Assembly: GCF_037042905.1 (NCBI RefSeq) | Contig: NC_087245.1 | Coordinates: 41,976,001-42,040,000, forward strand | From: Lytechinus pictus | Taxonomy: Eukaryota | Direction: 5' to 3' | DNA: 64,000 nt | Shown: in pieces, positions 25,266-37,560 of the stretch | Layout: each line of letters starts with the position of its first letter | Numbering within the stretch: position 1 is the first letter of the stretch | Notes under the pieces: model-generated | What the model was told of the DNA's origin: nothing | Database searches by the model: none | Seen by the model: the letters and a program-made list of their open reading frames with translations, nothing else | Position numbers and translations under genes: made by a program

Positions 25266-25580
25266 CTGGCCCGTATTCTGAAGTCGGGTTTAACTTAAAC
25301 TCAGGTTTAAAGTTGTGGTGTAAGTATGGACAGCCAATTGTTACATAATCACTAACAGTAGGGATATCATACTTTCAGCTCATTCAGCTATCAAATCATT
25401 CATAATTGTGTAGGAAGTATAGATAAATGATTGTCTTCACCATCGATGAATCAGGAAAGAGCACAATAAACATAAGAAACATACAACTTAATAAAAATTT
25501 TGATACTTTTGGCTTCCCATACTTAAACCACAACTTTAAACCTGAGTTTAAGTTAAACCCGACTTCAGAATACGGGCCAC
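25266..25580. mobile_element. Young MITE with long perfect TIRs
   Basis: ggcccgtattctgaagtcgggtttaacttaaactcaggtttaaagttgtggt is exactly inverted at the right end. Confidence 0.85.
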
Positions 25581-25825
25581 TGACTTTATTACAAAATTTT
25601 GATATTATTTTGTCTTGTTTGTTTGGCTTTCTTTTTTTCTTCTTATCCTTCTTCTTACTTTTTCCATTTCCTTATTTTCTCTTTTATTTCATTTCATGAG
25701 GCATCCGCCAACTTATATACAACAACAACAAACATATTTATTTGGTGGTGTGCCCCTCTAAAAAGGGAGGAAAATAAGAAGGAAAAAAAGAAGAAGGGAA
25801 GGGGAAAAAAAAGAAAAAAAAAGAA

Positions 25826-25965
25826 AGATGATGATGATGAAAATTATCTTGGTGATGATGATGGTGGTGGTGATGGTGGCGGTGATGATGATGATGATGA
25901 TGATAATGATGGTGGTAGTGGTGATGATGATGAGAATGAAGTTGGTGATGATGGTGATGATGAAG
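25826..25965. repeat. (GAT/GGT)n microsatellite
   Basis: Seen directly in the sequence. Confidence 0.9.
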
Positions 25966-28361
25966 ACTAGATGTAATTTTGTTATTTCGTCTTTGAAAAA
26001 ATTAAGTAGTGCATAGGTGAATTTATTTAAAGTTAATTATGAAAATAGCAGAAAAAATAATTTGAAAAATTGGTATGCGTTCAGGAAAAATCCATCCCCC
26101 ACCAAAAAAAAATTAAAGGTGAGATTTTTTAAATAATTATTTGTGACGGCGTAGGCCTTTGCGAGCAGCTATATCGGATATAATTATGGTAAAAAGTAAA
26201 TGAAATGTCAAGAAATACGTGATAATGACTTTTATTGTACATTCAGTATATCAATAGATAACTTCATACTCTCTCCAAAAAGAAAAAAGTGGGTCATTAC
26301 GGACCATTAAAAATTGGAAATTTTTGCATTTTGTATTACATAGAATATTGAGCAAAACTGCTCATTTATGACGTCACAAATCAAGCATTCGAAATTCTAC
26401 TAACTCCATTTTTTTTTAATAACACCTTCACCGATGTTTTGAAATTATTTTTCTTTGGCCTATATTTTCACAATCTTTTTATCAAGGTGAAATTCCCCTT
26501 TACAAAACAGTATCCGCATGATCAGTGTGTAGCGGTAAATTATTCACCTGATAACTATAGACCTATCTATAATTCATGCAGCTATGTTTAATAATATATT
26601 GCTGTGAATAGAATGAATGTCATTAAAAACATAATCTCACTGATCACTAATGCCAGCTCGACGCGCGAACTGAAAAAATATATTTTCTGCCCCGATAATT
26701 TGATAACCCTAACCTAACCCAATTTCTAAGTAGTTTTATCATAAACAGGATAACTATAGACAATTAATTGAAAACTTGATATTCTTTTGCGAAAATGAAT
26801 ATGAAGGACAACTTTTTAATAAAGAACACAGTTTTAGAGCGTGATTTATATATACAACCGCTTAATCCTGTCACTGTCGGTATGACATGAAGCAGTTGGA
26901 ACTTTCTGATTCCATCAGCTTAATAATTTTTGCAACAGGCGCCAGTCCAACAAACAGACAGACATTTGCCCAAACAGACAACATCTCAACCTCTGCTCAT
27001 TTCTTTTTGCACGGACACATAAAATCTCGACCTACCCATCACTTTTCTCACTATTTTCTCCTCCCTTTTATTTTCCATTAATTTTTCTTTCGTTCACTTT
27101 TTTTCTGTCCTCTTTTTCCTTCTATTTTTTTTTCTCGTCTCACCGCTTTTCCTCATCCTCCAGCCCCCGACGCCCTTGCAGATTTGCAAACAATATCAAG
27201 TGTACTGTTAGGCAAGGGTGGAAATCTCTCCCCAAAGGTAGCCGGGACCAGGGGCTGGAAAATTTGACAAGAAAAAAACAAACAAACAAAAACAAAAAAG
27301 AAGGTTTATCACCCCAAAAAGAAGGTCATCTTGACCAAAAGAAATTTGATAAGCAAACAAGCAAAAATAAAGGGCACCCCAAAAGTAAGATCGTCTCTTC
27401 CAAAATACATATTTTATTTCGATTTTGAATGAAAAGACCCAAAATAGTAGGGGGATGACATTTCATAATGTGTCCCCCTACTATTCTAGGTGAGGGGGAC
27501 ATGTCCCCCTGGAATTTGCGCCCCTGTGGGTGGGGGGTGTTGCGCCTCCCTTTCGGAATCATTATGGAAGAGTGTAAATACTCGCTGTGATTTCAATCTC
27601 ATACCTATAAAAAAAAATAGAACAGCTACGCCTTGAACACAGGCCAAAATGCCTAACGATTTCTCCGCGGCATTAACAACTATCGTAAAGGGCGCTCCAT
27701 TTATCAATAAAGATGGATGTTAAGCTGTCTATGGCGACAAAATTTGCCGCAGATATTTACGAAGAATTGTGAGAAATGGTCTGAAAATGCAACAAAAGAA
27801 CCGGTGAGTACCGATTAAACATTATCAATTTATTTAATAGAACATATTTCATGACTACAATGTAACAATTTCTAGATAATATTGCTTAGTTCTAAGCTAG
27901 GGCGGCCCAAATGCGCGTGAGTGGAGTCCCAGTTTATTAGCACGGGTAAGTATTGGGGTGTCGCCTAGAGTGGCGTGTGTCATTCTCTCACATTAGTGTG
28001 ATGAATGAAAACGTCAAAATTCATTATGAAATGACATGCGTAGTGCGAGGTTAGTACAACTAACCTCGCATGCTTGTGTGAGTGGCCCCTACTCAGTACC
28101 CAGTTGTTGTGTGTCCGGACAGGTTGTGTGTCCGGACGATCAATTTTAGAAAGTCATTTGGAAAAATTTACAAGCTAAGTTTCATAAATTTTTAGTACAA
28201 AGTGTTAGGAAATATTATAGAGAACAAAATAGAAGATGATTACAACTATTGAATTCATATTTTTTGTGTAATCCAAAGACAAAAAAGAAGGCTTCAAAAA
28301 TATAAAGTGTCTGGACACCCGAACCCCCATCCTACTTGACAAACCTTGGGAGAGCTGAGAC

Positions 28362-28496
28362 CAGAAGCGGATCTAGAGGGGGGGTTGGGGGGGTTGCAAC
28401 CCCCCCAAAAAAAAAATCCGGGGACCATTTTTTTAAATCTTATCTTTTTTTTTAAACTTGTAATTTTATTTTATTCTATTTCTATGTATTTATTTC

Positions 28497-28527
<31 letters not shown>

Positions 28528-28811
28528 TCTTTTTGGGGGAGGGGGGGGGGGTTGGGCGAACAAATGTCACAGAGTCCCTTGCCCCCCCCCCCCCCCCCAT
28601 CAGCTTTTTTGAGGACACGGGCCACCGCTGAAGTGACAAGCTAGGCCAGCGTTGCCGATTCTCATCCCCAAAATCCCCACATTAAAAAAAAAAAAAAAAA
28701 TTGGGGGATTGTTGAAGTAGGGGGGGGGTTGAGCTACGCTCCCTCGCTACGCTCCCTCGCATACCACCCCAACCCCCCCCCCCCCTTTATAAAAAGCTGG
28801 ATCCGCCCCTG
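28362..28811. mobile_element. Non-autonomous TIR element (ca..gcggatc family)
   Basis: cagaagcggatctag / ctggatccgcccctg, flanked by gagac direct repeats. Confidence 0.65.
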
Positions 28812-31417
28812 GAGACTATTCTAGACCCTACACGGATTTATATGGGTGGTACAACACAAAGAGGATTGGTTCACTAATATTCGATATCTTCCACGAGTAC
28901 AAACCTTTCTGCTTGATTTATCAATGGAAGCCCTTTGGAAACAATTGGTCTCACACTCCATATCTTTGATGAGCTCGAAAAAGGACGAGCTCGCACAAGA
29001 CAGCGGAAAATAGAAGCACTCCTCTGCATTTTCAGGAATGGTAAATTCGCTCTAGCTCTCGAAAGGCCGACCGTCGCCTATAACCTTTGACCTTTGGGTC
29101 TCGTCGATATATCGGGAATCGGGGGGGGGGGGCACTTCCCTTGAAGAGTGGATACTAAGGGGTCCCGAAAATTCAAAAGCACCCGAAACAAGTATTTTCC
29201 ATATTCTGAAAATGCACCCCTTAGCAAATATTGGCGTGTGACACCCTATCCTTAACAAATACTGGCGTGTGAAACCCTACGGTACCCTTAACAAGTGGGA
29301 ACAAAACGGTATACCCTTATTGGCAAGTATTCCCGATTCGAATTGAACCCTTATTTGCAAGTATTCCCTGAATTTAACTCCTAAACAAGTACAGCGTATT
29401 TTAATTTTTATATGTCACGGACGTCGATTGTACCTTTACCTACATCATTGGGATTATAGGGCCCCACCTCCCACAAGTACACCTCGCGCAAATCGGCCGG
29501 ATAAACACGTTGAATATTGGGGCATGCATGCATGGACTCCGGCCATCATGATTGGGGCAAACATTCTTTATGTTTGTTTCTTTGAAGGGGTAGTCCTATA
29601 AAAATGGCTATTTCTTAGCTTTATTCTTAATTATAAATCAACATAAATATATAATATCATAATCCTTATTTATATAATGCGAGCGCGAAGCGCGAGCAAA
29701 TTTTTTTTTGATTTTTTTTTTGTATTTTTCCGAAAATTTGGAGATTCTAGGCAATGTTTGTTATCCTGAAAAAGATGTGTATGCAACTATACTACGAACG
29801 CGAAGCGCGAGCAGAATTTTTTATACACGTTTTGAACTTATCAGAAAAGGTAGGCCTACCTACTGCTTGCAGCTAGCCATGAAGACGTTACATATTTCAA
29901 CAATCAAATAATGCGAGCGCCAGGCGCGAGCTGAAAAGTTGACACTTTTACCTTAAGATTGGAAATTCTATGCACTTTTTTGTAACTTAAACAGAATTGC
30001 GCGAGCCGAAAATTTCGAGATTTAGACCTAAAAACGAGACACTCTATTCATGATGTTTTGTAAATAATGAAAAAGATGAGTAATAGGGGATCTTCCTTAC
30101 ATTATATGCGAGCGCAAAGCGCGAGCAGAATTTTTTTTTTTATACGTTTAGAACTAATCGAAAAGGTAGGTCCTACCTGTCTGGACTGCTTGCACTTAGC
30201 CATGAAGACGTTAAATATTTCAACAATCAAGTAATGCGAGCGCGAAGCGCGAGCTGAAAATATTTGGTATTCCGATCTGAAACTTGAGGGTCAATTTCAG
30301 CTCTATATTTCAAGCAATTTGTAGGAAAATTGTGAGGTGGATATGGATCGTACTTAATAAAGAGCTGACATTTTTCATTATTATTACCGTAATACCGGCT
30401 TTGAGTTTTGACATAACCTCGGACCGGGACATCCTTAGGACATCTCATCATATGAAAATGATGACGTACTATCTTTCTATTCCTCTTGCTAAGCGCGCTC
30501 GAGATGAAACAAAAGGGACAATTTTATTATTAAATTGATATATTATTTATTAATGCATAATCGAGGGGGCGGAATTAATGCGAGTGCAAATCGCGAGCCG
30601 AAATTTATGATAAACTGTCATGAAAAAAGGATTTTAAGTAGTTTGTTGTGTAATCAATATTGACACATACGTAACTCACAAATCAAACTGCGATCGTGCA
30701 GCGCTAGCTGATACGTTTTGACAATCAGACCTGAAAAGGGATATTTTGAAAACTTTATGGAATACACGAAAATAATAAGTACCTGATAAATCAAATTTGC
30801 GAGCGCGCAGCGCGAGCAGAAAACGTTAATATTCAGACCATAAAACTGACATTTTTACAGAGCACTGATTATAAAAATCAATTTGTAAATCACACAAAAT
30901 AATGAAAGTTTGATTTCCGAGGTGAAATTGACTTCCAAACTTGATATTTAAGCTCCATATTGAAAAAAGTTATGTTAATCACCTAACAGTGCGAGCGAGA
31001 AGCGCGAGCGAAAATTCTATATAGTGACATAGGGGCGGATCCAGCCTTCGCCAATAGGGGGGGGGGCGGAATTTTTTTCAGCCACATTTTCCCCGATTGC
31101 CGGTCGCTCTAAGCTGATTTTTGTTTGTTTCTTTAAAGGGGTCACTTCTAAGCTTTGTTCTTATGAATCAACATAAATATATAACAATCTCATAAGCCTT
31201 ATCTTAATAGTGCGAGCGCGAAGCGCGAGCTATTTTTTTAAAATGTATTTTGTCCTAAAATTTAAACACTCTGGGCAATGTTTGTGATCCTAAACGAGAT
31301 GTGTATCCAACTAAATAATTACTGCCAGCTCGAGCAGAAATTTTTTATACACGTTTTGACATGATCAAATATGGATCTATTAACGGCTGCTTGCAGTTAT
31401 CCATGAAGACGTTACAT

Positions 31418-33956
31418 CAGTGGCGTAGACAGGTTCGTACACCTGGGGGGGATGACTGGGCTGCCAACGCTAGTGAGGGCGCGAAGCGCCCGAATGAGGG
31501 AGCGAAGCGACCGAGCGGGGGGAGGGTGTGGGAGGGGGGTGTCCCCCCTACCACGGTAGGGAGCTTTTGCAATTTTGAACTTGAAATCGTTCAATCTGAT
31601 GCATACTTAATGAGGTAAAATCAAATAACACACACAAGCGCGCACGCACACACACACATACTCACCCCCCCCCCACACACACACACACACACACGGGTGC
31701 GCGCACCACACACATACTACGCCTTGAATGGACAGACATACATCGACAAGATCTACACACCGTGGCATACGAATACAGAATGGACTGACACATAGTCAGC
31801 GGCGTAACAGGGGTCGGTGGCCAGGGGGGGCAAGAGCCAAAAATTTCCCGGGCATATAATGGTATGAACAGGCGTAATGGTGTAATGAGGCGACTATTTT
31901 GACAGGGCCAGATATTGCGTATCGGGCAGAATTTATCTTTTTAAAAAAAAGTTGCGAGCGAGCGAAGCGAGCGAGCAAAAATTTTGACCTTTTTAATACA
32001 TAATAATCCAATTTTTGTGATAGATTTTGAAATGATCGATATCCAGAAAATAATATATTTCACTATTCTCTCTTCCATTCCTTTTTTGTGGTCTGAACGC
32101 CACTGTGAACAGGATTCTTTGCGGCAGTAGCGTGAAGAGTAAAAAAAACGAGGGGCGCAGTGTGTCACATGTGCTAAAAAGCTGCTTAATATAAGTTCCG
32201 AGCGAGCGAAGCGAGCGAGAAAAAATCACCTTTTTCATGAGAATCTACCTTTGAGATATTTTTGAAATTATATTCAGTAAATAAAATGATATCCTACACT
32301 TTTCCTTTGCTTTTCTTTCCTCCTTCTTTTTTGTTCTTGTTTGTAGAACTCATATATGGCAGTCCTGTGCGGTTGGGGTCCGGGGCGGAGCCCCCCGGAA
32401 CTTCTTGATATCAAAGCTACTTAAACCTCGCAGATTGCCGCTATTTTAATCAAATCGCGAGTATATACAGAATATAGCTTTTACACAACACATTTATTCA
32501 ACCCAGTTGCGTAATGAACCAAATATTTGAGGTGGTAAAACATAGCATTGTGGGAAAATTTACATCCTCCATCCACTGCATGTTGGTTCTACTCTTTCTA
32601 TTTGTCATTATATTGATTTTTTATGTATTGTTTTTTATTGTTCATATAATGTTGTATATTGTACCTTTTTCATGGATGTGAGTAAAGTGAATTGAATTGA
32701 ATTTGTTAAAAGTCGCCAGCGTGCAAAGCGAGCTGGAAAATTGCCTATTGAAATTGAATTATAATTATGTGATATGTTTTTCCATTATATTCAGCAATGC
32801 TGACAGCAAATAACACATTTCATTGTTTCCATTCATTTTATTATACGTTGTCTCCTGTATAATTTATTTTATTTCCTCTTGGGTGTGGAACCAAGACCCC
32901 CCTCCCCGCGCCTGTACGCCAGTGATTGAACGTGATTGAACGGGGGCGTTATAGAGCCATTTGATGGTTATAGATGAAGAGCCCCTACTGCTTTGCATAA
33001 AATTTAGCAAGCTTATAGCACAATGTTGCGTGCAGGTCATCTTTCTTCCCGCTCTTTATTTTCAATCCTCGGCAGCCCGGTCGTGTTATTGTTTTTTTTT
33101 CTTGTCCCTTTTGTTTGTTTTCTAATTTAGCTTTTGACTAATTCCATTCTACCTTCGTTTCCCGCTATTGTTTGTCATTTTGTCATATTTTAATTTATTT
33201 TCCATCAAGCTACTGCATTAAGCCTATTACGGAATGATTTGTTCTTTGTCAAATGTTTTTCTTTCGTACATTTTCCCGCTTTTTTTTCCTTTTCCATTTC
33301 AAAAAAAGAAACCTTCGTTTTCTTTTTCCCTTTCCCTTTCCTCCTTTCCTTTTCCCCTTTCCTCCCCCTTTCCCTTTCTTTCTCCCTCCCTTTTTTTCTT
33401 TTCCCGTTTTTTATTTTATTTTCCCGGTGAAATCCGCCAGGGGGGGCAGCTTGCCCCCCCCCTGCCCCCCCGCCTGTTACGCCACTGCACATAGTATTGC
33501 ATATTGAACCACACTACGTATTTATTTATCTCTGTGAATTTTGCTGTTACACCTCTTCAGAAAAAAAACCAGTGTCAATTGTGTACACGCAGGTATAGTC
33601 TTTGTTGTCTTGATATGGGTATGTGGTTATGAATGAAAACAGCCTCTGTGGCCATTTGTGAATAGAACACATAAACAACAAACAAATAACAATATGTCTG
33701 TTCATTATAAAGCATAATGAATACGTACATACTATGCTTTTTTTTACCTCAAAGAAACAGGCATAGTATCCATAGATGGATATTGGCTGGCGGCTCATTA
33801 ACATACAGATACAAAAAACATAGACAGTATCACTATGATCCATGGAGTAACAATACTGCTCTGTAAGTTTGTGAAGAAATCGGAACCATAACGGCATTGC
33901 ATCGTTTCAAATTAGGGCATTATTTACTTCTATTTGATCTCAGTCTTATAATAGTA

Positions 33957-34000
<44 letters not shown>

Positions 34001-35252
34001 CATAATAATAATACAAATAAAAAATAATACTAATACAAATAATAATGCTAATACTAATAGGTTCCTTTTATCTCGCATTTCAAGACAGGGTAAATTCACA
34101 CTGCGCTTTACATGAAACAAACTTCTTTAAACATTTCAAACTTATGTCTTCATGCATCAATCAACATACTTTAAATGAATACAAAACAAAGTGCATCTTA
34201 AATAAAACAAAAATAAATAAATAGTTAATAATACAGAAAAGATGTAGCTGCTGCAAGCTTAACAACAAACTAATGTATACCAGTCAGTCCTGATATCAGT
34301 ATTAGTGTAACAATAGTCATATAGTGGGAGCATGAAGTTGAACAATTCATGATTATACATAATTATATATGTTTGTTTGAATAATACTTGTTATAAAGAT
34401 AGTAGTATGGTACTCTCTGTCACGAATTATTATGTATACTGTTGTATCACATTCATTTTCTATTCTGTTTTAGATTGCGCTGATGCATTTTGCACACAAT
34501 GTATAATGCCTATAACACGAGTGGGCCTGACCACACATGTATTTCAATAAAAACCGACTTGAGAAAATAACGTGTATATAAATATATAAATAAACAAATA
34601 AATAAATGCATATAATGTATATATATATGTATAAATATCATATACCTGTAATATAATCTGATATAAACTAATAAATAAATAAATAAATATAATACATATC
34701 ATATATGAGAAGGTATTGCTAGTACTCGGTTCGTGCCTGAAAAGTAGTCTCGATGAAAAGAAAAAAGTTGTTGCTTCATTCCCATACAGTTGCTAATCAG
34801 ATAATAGAGACATGCGGTAAGTTGGTAAACTTACTTAAGGAGCATTCATGGCTCAACAAACAAACATATCGGTCTCTTAGTCAGTTTTACTTTTGTAGTC
34901 TTGCAAATTTGTGTATTAGAAACCAAATATCTTGCGCCTCTTTTCGTTCCTGCCCAGTAAATACTTGTAAGATTTTCTTTTTTTTACCGTCTGAATGCGG
35001 CTAATAACAATAAACACAATTACAATAATGATGAGGATTATTATTATCATCATCATAATTATTATTATTATTAATATTATAATTGTTATCATTATTATTA
35101 TTACTATTATTATCATCATTATGACTAATTAAGTGACCAAATATCATTCCCCAAAACCTGGGGGGGATGATTGTACATGCCATCCCCCCCACCTTGTGAG
35201 GTGGGGGGGATGCATCCCCCTCATCCCCCCCCCCCCGTTGTCTACGCCCCTG
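31418..35252. mobile_element. Non-autonomous hAT-like element with perfect 8-bp TSD
   Basis: cgttacat|cagtggcgtagaca ... tgtctacgcccctg|cgttacat. Confidence 0.85.
31797..33487. mobile_element. Nested non-autonomous hAT-like element with perfect 8-bp TSD
   Basis: cacatagt|cagcggcgtaacagg ... cctgttacgccactg|cacatagt. Confidence 0.85.
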
Positions 35253-37560
35253 CGTTACATATTTCAACAATCAAATAATGCGAGTGCGAAACGCGAGCTG
35301 AAGATTTTGACATTTCTACCTGAAGAATGGAAATTCTAAGCACTTTTTGTAATCATGAAAAGGATAAGTATGTAACTAAACAATTGATGCGAGCGCGAAG
35401 CGCGAGCGGAAAAATTCGAGATTCTATTCATGTTTTTTAAATCATGAAAATGATGAGTAATTGGAAATCTTCCTACATTAATAATGCGAGCGCAAAGCGC
35501 GAGCAGAAAATTTTTTATATTATGATATGAAACTGGATAATGATTTAAATAGGGAAGCTGCATATCTGAATAAACATGCGCGCGTGTCTCAGATTTCGAC
35601 ATAGAATCTGAGTGGGCATTCTAAATACCCTTTTTTTATCATGAAAATCAATAAAGTGAGCGCGAAGCGTGAGCTTAAAATATTTGATATTCCGATCTGA
35701 AAAGGGTCAATTTAAGCTCTGTATTTCAAGCACTCTGTAGGAAAATTGTTAGGTGGATATGGATCACATTTAAAAAAAGAGCTTATATGTTTCATTATTA
35801 TTACATTGAGTTTTAAAAAAGGACCAGGACATTCTAAGAACATTATGTCATTAATGTCTAAGAACATTATGTCATCAATGAAAATGATGACTATATTTCT
35901 CTTCCTAAGCGCGAGATGAAAATTGTCGATATTCCATTCTGAAAAAAAGATAATTTGATTATTAAATTAATATCTTATTTATTAATCTAATATACGTAAT
36001 ATGAGAATACGAAATCTGTAAATATTATGGCCTGAAAACTGGACATTTAAAGCAGTTTAGATGCATGAATTAATATACATGTATTTTCAACAATCAATGG
36101 AGCGCAAATCGCGAGCCGAAATGTTAATATTCAGACCATAAAACATACATTTTTACAGAGCACTTTTTAAATATCAATTTGTAAATCAAGCAAAATAATG
36201 AAAGTCCGATTTCCGAGCTGAAATATTTTTTGTATGTTGACTTCCAAAATTTGATATTTTAAGCTCCATATTGAGCAAGATATGTAAATCACCTAACAGG
36301 CAATGCGAGCACGAAGCGCGAGCGAATTTTTTTTATAGTGATATGAAAGATTTTAAAAATTACTTTCTAAGTCTTCCCCTCATCTTATTTTATTCACTCC
36401 TTTTCTTATGTTTCCCCTTCTTTTTTTCTCCTCTCTTTTTCCTTCTTTTTCTTGGTTTTTTCTTCTCTTTTCCCTTCTTTTTTTCTTTCTTTCCCCCTTT
36501 TTCTTTTTTTTTTGGCTCCGCCAATAGGGAGGGCCCGGGCCCCTCGGGCCCCCCTGGATCCGCCTATGCTTTTTCCATTATTTTAGTGTTTTTATATCCT
36601 ATTACGTTACGTACGTAACGTGCCCTATCTTGAAAAAAAAACATCCTCAGTGTTTTTGGGGGTCGCACATGGCCCCCCCCCCCCCCAGGGTAGGGAATTG
36701 GAGGTGATGCGGTGGGGGGTGTTGCGATGGGGTACATGGAGGACGTACATTTCAATCAATTTCAATGGTACATTTTATTCAAATCAGATCTCTCAATACA
36801 AAACATGAATCTGGCGACAGACAAGACTAATAGGCCTATGCAATGCAATAATAAGCAGGCCTTCAATTAGCTTCGAAGGATCGAACGATCGCGACATTAA
36901 ATTTTAATGGTCGTAATTAATCTAACAGGTCTGCGAGGGGTTTTTTTTTGCCACTCCCCCCCCCCCCCCCTTGCTAGAAAGAAAGAGGGGGAAAATATGT
37001 CCCGCTTTTTATGACAAACATGTATTTCATGCAAAATAAAAAGAGAGAAGGGAAAGGAATAAAAAAGAGAAGATGAGAAAAAGAATGAGGGTAATTTGCA
37101 CTAAATTTATGTTATGTATATTTTATAATGATCTATTTGGGGAAAATATTCTTTATAGCATTTCAAATATGTAAAAAAAAAACAATAAAAAAAGAAAAGA
37201 AACTGAAGAAAAAGAAAATAAATCTGGTACCCAAATAGATTTCTTATGTATTTCTTTGTTTTTGTTCTTGTCATTCGACAGTATTCTTCTGTGAAATTTC
37301 GGACGTATTTAGCATCAAATTAAATGACTGTTGTCAACATAAAAGTAGAAATAATCACCCATTTAAGAATTTTAGCTGGAAAAAAAACATTTTAAGTACA
37401 TGGCATGACCGTCGTTTTTGAGAATTTTTGGTCTGACATGCAAAATAATGTGACTACGTGACTGCATACCGGGTGTCAAAAATTTGGTCTCGAAATTGCG
37501 CGAGACTTGAAGTAACAGTTCAGCGATCGGCGACGTCAAAAAGTTTCGCGCGGCAAATTT

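Larger units (their letters stand above)
29560..36568. mobile_element. Cluster of nested non-autonomous hAT-like elements rich in GCGAGCGCGAAGCGCGAGC motifs
   Basis: A truncated copy at about 29560-31029 is followed by a related copy at 31030-36568 (TIR ..ggcggatccag / ctggatccgcc..), which hosts further insertions. Confidence 0.7.

Noticed and set aside
25599..26016. Poly-Asp/poly-Met ORFs, and similarly poly-Ile, poly-Arg, poly-Ser and poly-Phe ORFs at 33897, 34916, 43777 and 47876
   Set aside because: They are translations of trinucleotide microsatellites.
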